Origin: a bacterium
GTDB lineage: Bacteria; JBDRGX01
DNA: 21,468 nucleotides
Assembly (NCBI GenBank): GCA_043817485.1
Contig: JBDRGX010000146.1
Location: 1-21,468, forward strand
Direction of reading: 5' to 3'
The translations under genes and the position numbers were made by a program. Every line of letters begins with the position of its first letter. Within the stretch, counting starts at the first letter, position 1. The notes below the pieces were generated by a model, which was not told where the DNA came from, made no database searches, and saw nothing but the letters and a program-made list of their open reading frames with translations. Shown piece by piece: positions 1 to 9,311 of the stretch.

Positions 1-34
1 AGTCAACTGCTCTACCAGACTGAGCTAACGGCCC
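1..34 (-). tRNA. tRNA, 5' half only (cut by window edge); probably tRNA-Lys
   Basis: Reverse complement GGGCCGT-TA-GCTC-AGTCTGGTA-GAGC-A-GTTGA-CT gives acceptor strand, D-arm and 5' anticodon stem. The anticodon lies outside the window; Lys is inferred from similarity to typical tRNA-Lys 5' ends. Confidence 0.9.
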
Positions 35-42
35 ACTTAAAT

Positions 43-1050
43 TTAATTTATCCCGATTATTTTTTCCATTATTTGAATAGCATTTAAAGCAGCACCTTTA
101 CGCAAATTATCACTAACTACCCATATATTTATTCCATTTGCTATAGAAAGGTCTTCTCTTATTCTTCCTACGAAAACTTCATTTTTTCCTTCTGCCATAA
201 TTGGAAAAGGATATTGTTGATTTTTTAAATCATCAATTACTTTTATTCCTGGAGAATTAGAAAGAAGTTTTTTTAATTCATCAACAGAAATTTTTTCTTT
301 TGTTTCTATGTTAATTGATTCTGAATGAGCTCCAAATACTGGAACTCTAACAGTAGTAGGACTTACTTGAATATTTTCATCACCCATAATTTTTTTTGTT
401 TCTTCTATCATTTTCATTTCTTCTTTAGAATAACCATTTTCTAAAAATACATCTATATGAGGAAGAAGATTAAAAGCAATTTGATAAGGAAATACATTTG
501 CAACAATTTCCTTATTTTCTAAAAAAGATTGTGTTTGCTGTTTTAATTCTTCCATTGCTTTAAGTCCTTTTCCAGATACTGCTTGATATGTAGAGACTAC
601 AATTCTTTTAATTCCAACTTTGTCATAAATAGGTTTTAAAGCAACAACCATTTGAATAGTTGAACAATTGGGATTAGCAATAATTCCTTTATGTTTTTTT
701 ATATCTTCTGGATTTACTTCTGGTACTACTAAAGGAACATTTGTATCCATTCTGAAAGCACTACTATTATCAATAGAAATTGTACCACAAGATGCTGCTA
801 TAGGACAAAATTCTTTACTTCTATCTGCTCCTGCTGAAAAAAGAGCAAAATCTATGTTTGCAAAAGAATTATTAGTTAATTCTTCAACTTCCAAAAAATC
901 ATTTTTAAATTGTATTTTTTTTCCTTTTGATTTAAAAGAAGCTAATAATTTTAATTTATTGATAGGAAAATTTCTTTCTTCTAATATTTTTCGCATTATT
1001 TCACCTACTGCTCCAGTAGCTCCTACAATAGCAATATTATAAGTTTTCAT
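43..1050 (-). CDS. asd: Aspartate-semialdehyde dehydrogenase
   Basis: GATGAVG Rossmann motif, DNSSAFRM, catalytic NPNCST, STYQAVSG, RVPVFGAHSE, DNLRKGAALNAIQ; GGAG RBS upstream. Confidence 0.98.
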   Translation of the reverse strand: MKTYNIAIVGATGAVGEIMRKILEERNFPINKLKLLASFKSKGKKIQFKNDFLEVEELTNNSFANIDFALFSAGADRSKEFCPIAASCGTISIDNSSAFRMDTNVPLVVPEVNPEDIKKHKGIIANPNCSTIQMVVALKPIYDKVGIKRIVVSTYQAVSGKGLKAMEELKQQTQSFLENKEIVANVFPYQIAFNLLPHIDVFLENGYSKEEMKMIEETKKIMGDENIQVSPTTVRVPVFGAHSESINIETKEKISVDELKKLLSNSPGIKVIDDLKNQQYPFPIMAEGKNEVFVGRIREDLSIANGINIWVVSDNLRKGAALNAIQIMEKIIGIN

Positions 1051-1224
1051 TTTTTTATTATCTCCTGTTTCTATTTAACCTATTTAAAAAATTTGATTTT
1101 TAAAATGTTATTTAATAAAGTTAATTTTATTATTGTCAAGAATTTTGTATATTATCTTTAAATTAAAACAAAATTAAAACTTAATATTTATATTTTATGA
1201 TTTTTGTAAGATTAAACAATATTA

Positions 1225-1360
1225 GACTTGTTGCTTAATAATTTCAATCTTACTGTAACTTTAAAATTCATAACGATTTATGGCAAATTATGAAGTTTTA
1301 TGCTATTTTTTTTGATTTTACAAAAGTTATTTTAGGTTATTGCTTATTTCGCACCAAGTC
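1225..1360. mobile_element. MITE-like element with imperfect terminal inverted repeats and 5-bp flanking direct repeat
   Basis: TATTA|GACTTGTTGCTTAATA ... TATTTCGCACCAAGTC|TATTA: the ends are imperfect inverted repeats, TATTA lies at 1220-1224 and 1361-1365, no ORF inside. Confidence 0.6.
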
Positions 1361-1474
1361 TATTATAAAAAAATATTTTTTACAAAAAATAAACATTTCT
1401 ATTTAGTAACAACATTTTATTTAATAATTATCGTTAACATTTTAAAATAGTAATCACAAAGTATAAAAAATTTA

Positions 1475-1505
1475 TTGACAAAACTAAAAAAAATAAAGAT
1501 AAAAT
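1475..1505 (+). promoter_or_regulatory. Possible sigma70 promoter for the phosphohexomutase gene
   Basis: TTGACA at 1475-1480 and TAAAAT at 1500-1505 (19-bp spacer, suboptimal); AT-rich background weakens the call. Confidence 0.3.
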
Positions 1506-1535
1506 CTAAAAATACTAAAAAAAGGAGATATTATA

Positions 1536-3761
1536 ATGAATAAAAATAGTCAAATTTTGGATTTAGAAGAGAAAGAGCAAATATTATCTTATCTTGATGA
1601 AAAATATCAAAAAGGAGAAATAAAAGAAAATTTATATAATGATGCTAAAATAAATGTTATCAAAAATATAAATGAATGGTTAGAAGATGAAAATATTGAT
1701 AAATTTTCTTCTTATACAAAGGAAGGAATTAAAAAAGCATTAAAAGAAAAAAGAATAGAAGAAATAATAGATGCTTTTTTAGATGAAATTACTTTTGGAA
1801 CTGGTGGCATTAGAGGGAAAGTTGCTTTAAATTATAAAGATCTTTTAAAAATATCAAATGAAGGAATAAATACACCAATTCTAAAAGGACCTAATACTAT
1901 CAATGATATTGTTTTGTTATTAAAATCTGCTGGTGTTGCTAATTATATGATAGACAAAAATCTAAAAAAAGTAGTTATTGGTTTTGATAGTCGTGTTCAA
2001 GGAAAATCTTTTGCTTGCTTAATTGCTAAATTATTTTTAGCAAAAAATTGTATTGTTTATATTTTTGATGAAGCTTGTCCTTTTCCAGAATTAGTATTTG
2101 CAGTTCCGTATCTTGATGCTCAAATAGGAATTTTAATTTCTGCAAGTCATAATGATAAACGATATAATGGTTATAAATTAGTAGGTTATAATGGTGCTCA
2201 ACTTGATCCAGCAGAAAGAAATATTATTTATGAAAAATATATCAAAGGAATTTCTACATCAGAAATTGAATTAATTGAATTTGATGAAACACCATTAGAA
2301 AATTTAATTTTTTTAGGTGGAGAAAATTATTTGCCAGAAACAAATTATTATGGTAGAAAATTAATTAATATTCACGAAAAACATTTGAATCATATTAAAA
2401 ATTTTATTATGGATAAAAATTTACTTAAAAAATGGGCAAAAGAAGTAAAAATAGGTTATTCTGCTTATTATGGAGCAGGAAGAAAAGCTATTCCACGACT
2501 TTTAAAAGATTTTGATTTTAATGATTTAAAAGTAATTCATAGTTTGAATGACTTAAATGGACTTTTTCCTTGTTTTGATTTAGAACAACAACCAGATCCT
2601 GGTGATAATATAGCTGCAGAAATTGCTGTTCAAGAATTTAAAAAAGAATATGGAGAAAATACATTTAAAGAATTGGATATTTTAATAGGAACTGATCCAG
2701 ATGCTGATAGGTCTGGTTTAATAGTAAAAATTCCTGAAAAACAACAAGATTGTTATCAAAATTTTTTGCAATTGCCAAAACATTTAAAACTTTCGAGTAT
2801 TTCAGAAAAAAAGGATTATTCGTGGCTACTTTTAAATTCAGATGATACTTGGGCAATTTTACTTTGGTATCGATTAGAAAAAGAAAAAGAACAAAATAAT
2901 GGTTTTATAAAAGATGTAGATAAAAAATTTATTGTACTTAATCATACAACTACTGATGCTTTAGTTTGTCTTGCAAAAAAATATGGTTTAGGTGTTATAA
3001 AAACATGGGTTGGATTTGCTATGATTTCTAATGCTACTTCTAAAATTTGGGAAGGAGAAAAAGTTTCAAGAGAAAAATTTCCTTATTTGATTTTAGAAAC
3101 TCATGATATGGAAAATAGAAGTATTAACATCGGTGCTTTTGAGCAGAGTAGTGGTTTTACTATTTTAGGAGGCCCACCATTACCTGGTGAAAAATTAGGA
3201 CAAAATGGACATACAAGAGATAAAGATGGATCTTTGGCTACAATACTTTTAGCAGAATTAGCTACTTATGCTAAATCTTTAAATACAAATATTTTAGAAT
3301 TAATTGATGAAAAAATATATTTAGATAAAGAAATTGGATGCTTTATTACTTATTGTGAACCTATTCCATATTGGGGACAATTTGAAGGACCTACTGGACT
3401 TTCAAAAAAAATTTCTATTTTACAAAAAGCTGATGAAATAAGAAAGAAAATTTTATTTGAAGAAAAAATTTTTGTATGTGGATTTCCTTTAATGTTTCCT
3501 GAAATATATCAAACTGGAAAATATGATGCTTTACATAGATGGCAAGGATTTCCAGATGAAGGAATTAGATTTTTCTTTGATAAAGAAAAGAAAAGTTATT
3601 TAACTATTCGTCCTTCTGGAACTTCTCATTGTATTAGAATTCATGTGCAAATTAAAATAGAAAATTTGAATAGAGAAAATTTATATGAAAAGAAAAAAAA
3701 TACTCTTATGCAAGCAAAACAAATTATAATAGAAGTAAAAAAAATGTTGATGCTTAAATAA
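1536..3761 (+). CDS. Alpha-D-phosphohexomutase (phosphoglucomutase/phosphomannomutase family), unusually long
   Basis: FGTGGIRG, GFDSR, phosphoserine loop SASHNDKRYNGYK, metal loop TDPDADR, C-terminal IRPSGT; AGGAG RBS. Confidence 0.92.
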   Translation: MNKNSQILDLEEKEQILSYLDEKYQKGEIKENLYNDAKINVIKNINEWLEDENIDKFSSYTKEGIKKALKEKRIEEIIDAFLDEITFGTGGIRGKVALNYKDLLKISNEGINTPILKGPNTINDIVLLLKSAGVANYMIDKNLKKVVIGFDSRVQGKSFACLIAKLFLAKNCIVYIFDEACPFPELVFAVPYLDAQIGILISASHNDKRYNGYKLVGYNGAQLDPAERNIIYEKYIKGISTSEIELIEFDETPLENLIFLGGENYLPETNYYGRKLINIHEKHLNHIKNFIMDKNLLKKWAKEVKIGYSAYYGAGRKAIPRLLKDFDFNDLKVIHSLNDLNGLFPCFDLEQQPDPGDNIAAEIAVQEFKKEYGENTFKELDILIGTDPDADRSGLIVKIPEKQQDCYQNFLQLPKHLKLSSISEKKDYSWLLLNSDDTWAILLWYRLEKEKEQNNGFIKDVDKKFIVLNHTTTDALVCLAKKYGLGVIKTWVGFAMISNATSKIWEGEKVSREKFPYLILETHDMENRSINIGAFEQSSGFTILGGPPLPGEKLGQNGHTRDKDGSLATILLAELATYAKSLNTNILELIDEKIYLDKEIGCFITYCEPIPYWGQFEGPTGLSKKISILQKADEIRKKILFEEKIFVCGFPLMFPEIYQTGKYDALHRWQGFPDEGIRFFFDKEKKSYLTIRPSGTSHCIRIHVQIKIENLNRENLYEKKKNTLMQAKQIIIEVKKMLMLK

Positions 3762-3771
3762 AAATAATTTC

Positions 3772-3825
3772 GTAGGGGCAATTCATGAATTGCCTTATAT
3801 ATGAGGGCGCTGCGTTCGCCCTTAC
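3772..3825. repeat. Inverted doublet of GTAG-type REP-like palindromes
   Basis: GTAG followed by perfect palindrome GGCAATTCATGAATTGCC (3777-3794), then hairpin AGGGCG...CGCCCT-TAC (3804-3825). GC-rich island just after the stop codon; may also terminate or stabilise the transcript. Confidence 0.7.
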
Positions 3826-3878
3826 ACTTAATTTTTAACAAATATAAATAAAGAATATTACAATATGAGAGGTGTATT

Positions 3879-4670
3879 TTGAATAATAAAAAAAACTTTG
3901 TTATTATTATGTTTAATATATTTTTTGTTTTGGGGATATGTTTAATTTTTTTTGAGAATGTAGATAGGTATTTTAATGATTTAAAAAAAGAAATAAAAAT
4001 TGAAGTATTTTTAAAAAATAGTGATGAAAATAATATTCATATTTTTTGTGATTGCTTAAATAAAATAAAATTGAACAATATGAAAATAGTTGAAAATATA
4101 GAATTTATAACTTCAGAACAATCTACACAAAATTTTATGACACAAATGAAAATAGATGAAGAAATGGGATTAAAAAAAATATTTTTGCCAAGTTTTTTTA
4201 AAGTGCATTTTAAAAATATAGATTTTTTTTCTGAATTAGAAAAAGTTATAAATATTATTAAAAAAAATGAAAATGTTGAAGATATTATTTATTCTTCAGA
4301 ATGGTTAAAAAATTTTTATAAAACAAAAGAATTATTTGCTAAAATAAAAATGATATTATTTATTTTAATAGGATTATTAGGGATTAGTTTTAGTTATGAA
4401 ATAATTAAAATTTTTTCTCAACAAAAAATTAAAAAAGCTCGTATTTTTGTATTAACAATTATTTCTGGGATGATTTCTTTTTTGTTTTTATTTTTAATAT
4501 GTTTAAGTTTAAAATATTTTGGAATAATTTCACTACATTTTTTATCTTTTAAATATATAGAAATATTTGGATTTTGTGTAATTATATCTGGAATTTTATC
4601 TTTTTTTTCTTTTACATCAGTTTCTTTACAAATACCTTCTTTATTTGAGGAAAAAAAAGTTGAAAAATAA
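3879..4670 (+). CDS. ftsX: FtsX-like cell division permease
   Basis: N-terminal TM, IEVFLK and IEFITSEQ extracellular domain, LPSFFKV, VEDIIYSSEW, further TMs; directly upstream of envC-like gene; TTG start with GAGGTG RBS. Confidence 0.8.
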   Translation: MNNKKNFVIIMFNIFFVLGICLIFFENVDRYFNDLKKEIKIEVFLKNSDENNIHIFCDCLNKIKLNNMKIVENIEFITSEQSTQNFMTQMKIDEEMGLKKIFLPSFFKVHFKNIDFFSELEKVINIIKKNENVEDIIYSSEWLKNFYKTKELFAKIKMILFILIGLLGISFSYEIIKIFSQQKIKKARIFVLTIISGMISFLFLFLICLSLKYFGIISLHFLSFKYIEIFGFCVIISGILSFFSFTSVSLQIPSLFEEKKVEK

Positions 4671-5808
4671 AAAATTAGTAATGTTAATTATTTTTTTAAT
4701 TTTGCAATTTTCTTTTTTTAAAGTATTTTCTAATAATTCAAGCGATGATTTGAAAAAAAATAATATGGAAAAAGAATTGAAAACTCAAAAAGAAGAAATT
4801 TTAAAACAGAAAAAAATAATTCAAAAACTTCGTCAAGAAGAAACAACAACAAAAAAAATTTTTGAAACAAAGAAAAAAATTGAAAATAAAATTGAATCTA
4901 ATTTAAAAAAATATTCAATAGAAATTAAAAAAACTAAAAAAGAAATAGAAAAAATAAATATTAAAATAGATGAACAAACACAAGGAATAATATTTTTAGA
5001 AAATATATTAAATAAACATATTATAAAAATATCTAAACAAAGAAAAGAAAAAGAAGAACCCATTTTAATTTCTTATCAAAAAACTATAGATTCGATGAGA
5101 TTACAAAAATTTAATAAATTAATTGTAAAAGAAAATATATTTAGTTTAAATAATTTTGTAGAACAAAAAAAAATATATGATTTTCAAAAAACTGAAAAAG
5201 AAATAACGAAAAATAAAACAACTAAATTAGAATCTCAATATTCTGTTAAAAATCAAGACATAAAAAAGCAAAAAAAAATATTAAATGAACAACTTATTGT
5301 TTTTAAAAAAGAAAAAGAAAAAATAGGAAATGTAATTAAAAAATCAGAAATAGAAATAAGTAAATTAGAAAAACTTTTATCAAATTTAAGAAAAAAAAGA
5401 GAACCTGTATTTTCAGAAAAAAGTTATTTTGGTCGTCATCAAGGAAAATTGGCTTGGCCAGTATTAGGTGAAATAATTAACACTGGAAATTCTTATGTTG
5501 ATTATAAAGGAATATTTATAGATAGCCAATCAGAAAAAAATGTTTGTTGTATATGTGAAGGAGAAATTATTTTTGCAGAATCTTTTAAAGGTTATGGAAA
5601 TTTAATTATTATAGATCATGGAAATGGATATTATTCTCTTTATGGATATGTTTCAAAAATTTTAGTAAAAGTAGGACAAAAAATTTCAAAAAAACAAATA
5701 ATTGCTAATACAGGAATAATTCCACAAATTAAAAAAAATGGTTTATATTTTGAAATTCGTAAAGATGGTATTTCAATACCTTTTTCTGAATGGTTAGAAA
5801 AAAAATAA
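4660..5808 (+). CDS. envC: EnvC-like murein hydrolase activator (coiled coil plus degenerate M23 domain)
   Basis: Signal peptide, long coiled coil, GKLAWPVLG, GYGNLIIIDHG, LYFEIR; Zn-binding His residues absent (YKGIFI, LYFE) as in EnvC. Start placed at TTG 4660 (GAGG upstream); ORF track starts at 4645. Confidence 0.85.
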   Translation: MKNKKLVMLIIFLILQFSFFKVFSNNSSDDLKKNNMEKELKTQKEEILKQKKIIQKLRQEETTTKKIFETKKKIENKIESNLKKYSIEIKKTKKEIEKINIKIDEQTQGIIFLENILNKHIIKISKQRKEKEEPILISYQKTIDSMRLQKFNKLIVKENIFSLNNFVEQKKIYDFQKTEKEITKNKTTKLESQYSVKNQDIKKQKKILNEQLIVFKKEKEKIGNVIKKSEIEISKLEKLLSNLRKKREPVFSEKSYFGRHQGKLAWPVLGEIINTGNSYVDYKGIFIDSQSEKNVCCICEGEIIFAESFKGYGNLIIIDHGNGYYSLYGYVSKILVKVGQKISKKQIIANTGIIPQIKKNGLYFEIRKDGISIPFSEWLEKK

Positions 5809-5823
5809 AAAAATGGAAAATAT

Positions 5824-7062
5824 ATGAAATTTAAAAATGTAGTTTTTAGTTGTATTTTGATTTTTGTTATATTAATTAGTTTTGGAATTGTAAAAAATTT
5901 AGTTAATGATGGTATTTATGATAAATTAGGTTTGATAAAAAAAACTATAGAATTAATAAAAGAACAATATGTAGATGAAGTTAAAATAAAAGATTTGACT
6001 TATGGAGCTATTCAAGGAATGTTAAGAACATTAGATCCTTATAGTCAATTTTTAGATGCAGAATCTTTTAAAGAACTTTTAATGGATACAGAAGGAAAAT
6101 ATAGTGGTATTGGAATTGTGATTGCATTAGAAAAAGATTATCCCGTAGTCATTGCTGCAATTGATGGAACTCCAGCATATAAATTAGGAATTAAAGCAAA
6201 TGATAAAATAGTGAAAATTGATGGGGTTTCTACTGAAAATATTTCTTTTTTAGAAATAGTAAAAAAAATTAGAGGAGAAAATGGAACAAAAGTTATGATT
6301 AGTATTTTCAGAAAAGGACAAAAAAAATCATTAGATTTTTCTATTATAAGAGAAGAAATTAAACTTGAAAGTGTTAAAAGTAAAATAATTGAAAAAAATA
6401 TTGCTTATATTAGAATTACAGAATTTTGTCAAAATACAAATAAAGACTTATTAAAACAATCAAAAAATCTTTTTAAAAAAGAGTTAAAAGGAATAGTTTT
6501 AGATTTAAGAGATAATCCAGGTGGACTTTTAGATGTTTCTGTAGATGTAGTGAAAAATTTTATAGGTGAAAATAAACTAATTGTTTATACCAAAGGTAGA
6601 AAAAAAGAACACATAAAAAAATATTATGCTGATCAGAAATCAAAATTTCCAAATTTATCTTTAGTTGTTTTAGTTAACAATGGAAGTGCCAGTGGTTCAG
6701 AAATTGTTGCAGGTGCTATTAAAGATTGGCAAAGAGGAATAATTTTAGGAGAAAAAACTTTTGGAAAAGCTTCTGTGCAAAGTATTTTTCTATTAAAAGA
6801 AGGTAATGCCATGAAATTAACTGTAGCCAAATATTTTACTCCTAAAGGAAAATGTATTCATCATAAAGGAATTTCTCCAGATGTTATAGTTGAAATACCA
6901 GAAGAAGTAGAAATAAAATTAAGAAGTAAAAATATTTTTGTAGAAGAAAAAACAGAAGAAAAAAAAATAGAAGATATTCAATTACAAAGAGCGGTTGATA
7001 TTATAAAATCTTATGATATTTTGAAAAAAAATAAATATAATAATGAAAAAAGAGGATTATAA
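5824..7062 (+). CDS. ctpA: Carboxyl-terminal processing protease, S41 family
   Basis: LDPYS, PDZ (GIGI), LDLRDNPGGLL, SASGSEIVAG, GEKTFGKASVQ, TPKG, GISPD. Confidence 0.95.
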   Translation: MKFKNVVFSCILIFVILISFGIVKNLVNDGIYDKLGLIKKTIELIKEQYVDEVKIKDLTYGAIQGMLRTLDPYSQFLDAESFKELLMDTEGKYSGIGIVIALEKDYPVVIAAIDGTPAYKLGIKANDKIVKIDGVSTENISFLEIVKKIRGENGTKVMISIFRKGQKKSLDFSIIREEIKLESVKSKIIEKNIAYIRITEFCQNTNKDLLKQSKNLFKKELKGIVLDLRDNPGGLLDVSVDVVKNFIGENKLIVYTKGRKKEHIKKYYADQKSKFPNLSLVVLVNNGSASGSEIVAGAIKDWQRGIILGEKTFGKASVQSIFLLKEGNAMKLTVAKYFTPKGKCIHHKGISPDVIVEIPEEVEIKLRSKNIFVEEKTEEKKIEDIQLQRAVDIIKSYDILKKNKYNNEKRGL

Positions 7063-7064
7063 TC

Positions 7065-7619
7065 TTGCATAAAAAAATAATTTTACACCCAATAAAATAT
7101 ACTGGAGCAGAATTACATTCATTATGGATCTATGAAAAATTTAATTTATTAGGAGATAGCATTGTTGCATTTTCAGGAGAATGTGAAATTGATTTTGAAA
7201 AAATGATTGATTTAGAAGATGTTCTTGCAAAAGAAAAAATTACAAGTACAAATATGTTGCATTTTATTATAGAACATTTTGAAAGAAATTTAGAAAAAGC
7301 TATTTTAAGACAATATTTATCTATGGCTATACTAAAGGATATTTTGCAAAATAAAGTAAATGAAAAAATTATCAGAAAAGGAAATAATCTTTATGAAAAA
7401 GATAAAAAAATAACTGTATCTATTGCAACTTTATCTCCAGTATCTTCTTTAATTCATATTGGAATAAATATTGATAGTAAAAATACGCCTATTTTAACAA
7501 AAGGTTTAGAAGATTATAATATTGATTGGCAAATAGTTGCAAAAGAATTTTTAGATGAATATATAAAAAATTATGAAGAAATTAAACGAGCTAAATGTAA
7601 AGTAAGAGGTGCTAAATGA
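7065..7619 (+). CDS. DUF366 family protein (BPL/LplA-like fold)
   Basis: YTGAELHSLW, GDSIVAFSGEC, MIDLED, MLHFIIEHF, LRQ, RKGNNLY..KKITVSIAT, IHIGINI match DUF366 motifs as I recall them; TTG start with AGAGGA RBS. Confidence 0.8.
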   Translation: MHKKIILHPIKYTGAELHSLWIYEKFNLLGDSIVAFSGECEIDFEKMIDLEDVLAKEKITSTNMLHFIIEHFERNLEKAILRQYLSMAILKDILQNKVNEKIIRKGNNLYEKDKKITVSIATLSPVSSLIHIGINIDSKNTPILTKGLEDYNIDWQIVAKEFLDEYIKNYEEIKRAKCKVRGAK

Positions 7620-9226
7620 ATTATAAAATAATAGAAAAAATTGCTGAAACTGGAATGGCGATTACTTATAAAGCAAATTCTTTTAATAAAATAGTAGTTG
7701 TTAAAAAAATTCATCCTTATTTATGTTCTTTTGATTTTTTAAAAGAATTTGAACAAATTTTAAAAAAATCATTGATTTTACAACATCCAAATATTATTCA
7801 TATTTTTGATTATGAAAAAGATAAAAATTTTTGTTGTATTACAATGGAATATGTTGAAGGATATAATTTGAATTATTTTTTAGAAAAAAAAAATCCTTTG
7901 GAAATCGGTTTAATTATTTTAAAACAAACTTGTGCAGCTTTAAAATATGCTCATAAACAAGGGGTAATTCATGAAAATTTAAAAGCAGAAAATATTTTAA
8001 TAAATGAAAAAGGTTTTGTTAAAATTACAGATTTTCAAATGAATCATCTTGTTTTTAATTCTAATGGGCTTGTTTCTATGCGATCAGAAACACTTTCTCC
8101 AGAACAAATAAAAAAAGAAAAAATAGATGAAAAAACTGATATATTTTCTTTAGGAGCAATTTTTTATTATCTTTTTACTGGTACAAAACCTTTTAAATCT
8201 GGAACTTTACAAGGAATTAAAGATCAAATTGTTTATAATGATCCAGAACCAATGAATGAATTAAATTCTAATTTGCCAATAGAAATAGTTGAATTAATTA
8301 ATAAATGTTTATCTAAAGATCCAGAAAAAAGATTTAAAAATATTAGTGAAATAGAAGAAAAAATAAATAGTTATTTGGAAAATATAGATATTGAAAAAAA
8401 ATTATCTACTTATATAAATATATTAGATAAACATAAAATAAAAATTAAAGAAAAAACTTTTAAAAGAAATTTTATAACTATTAAAAAAACAAAAATTAAA
8501 CCAGAAAATCAAAAAGAAAATTCTTGTAAAAAAATTAAAAATGGTATTAATCTTAAAAAGCCATTAATTAAAAAAGTTATTTTTGACATAAGTTTAATTA
8601 TTGTAATATTTATGGCAATAATAGGATTTATAATAATTAAAAAAACTTTTAAAAAAGAAATTTTAAAAAAAACAGACCCAAAACAAAATTTAAAACAATT
8701 TGAAGAAAAAATAATAAAAAAAGAAGAAGTGATTACATTAGAAAATCAATCTGTAAATGAGATTTCTAAAACAAATGAAATTTCTGAAACAATAGAAAAA
8801 GGATTTGGTGGAGTAGTAATTTATTCTAATCCTTTATCAGAAATATATATTGATGGAATTAATTATGGAAATATTTCTTTAAAAAATTTTATTAAATTAC
8901 CTATAGGCATACATAAATTATCTTTTAAAAATCCATATTGTGAAGATTTTGAAAAAGAAATTGATATTATAGAAGGTAAAATTTTAAAAGAAAGTTTTAA
9001 TTTACAATTCAAACCAACACATTTAGTAGTAAATACTTTAGAAGATGCAGAAGTTTATTTGAATGAAAAATTTCTTGGAAAAACTCCATTTGAAAAACCA
9101 ATAGAAGTAAATTATGGAAAATATTTGCTTAAAGTAATACATCCTAAATATTTTGAATGGCAAAAAGCAATTGAAATTAATCCAGGTAGATTAAATGAGA
9201 TACAAGTCAATCTAAAGAATAAATAA
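7616..9226 (+). CDS. Membrane-anchored Hanks-type Ser/Thr kinase-like protein (probable pseudokinase) with C-terminal PEGA domains
   Basis: Kinase fold motifs HPNII, MEYVEG, LKYAH, SPEQ, TDIFSLG, TGTKPF; TM ISLIIVIFMAIIGFIII; two PEGA-like repeats (IYSNP..IYIDG; AEVYLNE..GKTP). Catalytic motifs degenerate (HEN, DFQ). Confidence 0.88.
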   Translation: MNYKIIEKIAETGMAITYKANSFNKIVVVKKIHPYLCSFDFLKEFEQILKKSLILQHPNIIHIFDYEKDKNFCCITMEYVEGYNLNYFLEKKNPLEIGLIILKQTCAALKYAHKQGVIHENLKAENILINEKGFVKITDFQMNHLVFNSNGLVSMRSETLSPEQIKKEKIDEKTDIFSLGAIFYYLFTGTKPFKSGTLQGIKDQIVYNDPEPMNELNSNLPIEIVELINKCLSKDPEKRFKNISEIEEKINSYLENIDIEKKLSTYINILDKHKIKIKEKTFKRNFITIKKTKIKPENQKENSCKKIKNGINLKKPLIKKVIFDISLIIVIFMAIIGFIIIKKTFKKEILKKTDPKQNLKQFEEKIIKKEEVITLENQSVNEISKTNEISETIEKGFGGVVIYSNPLSEIYIDGINYGNISLKNFIKLPIGIHKLSFKNPYCEDFEKEIDIIEGKILKESFNLQFKPTHLVVNTLEDAEVYLNEKFLGKTPFEKPIEVNYGKYLLKVIHPKYFEWQKAIEINPGRLNEIQVNLKNK

Positions 9227-9311
9227 TTTTTTTTAAAACAATTATTTTGAAATAGTATTTTTCATTAAATTCATAGCATTAATTTTGATGAAAAAAGAAA
9301 GGAAATTTATT

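Noticed and set aside
668-1042. 124-aa ORF antisense to asd, and the other short antisense ORFs (2665-2856, 3641-3841, 4833-5063, 6633-6830, 12583-12846, 12825-13025, 14468-14725, 21048-21242)
   Set aside because: Shadow frames of well-supported genes, with no recognisable motifs.
4660-5808. Missing zinc ligands in the M23 domain as a novelty
   Set aside because: Expected for EnvC-type activators.
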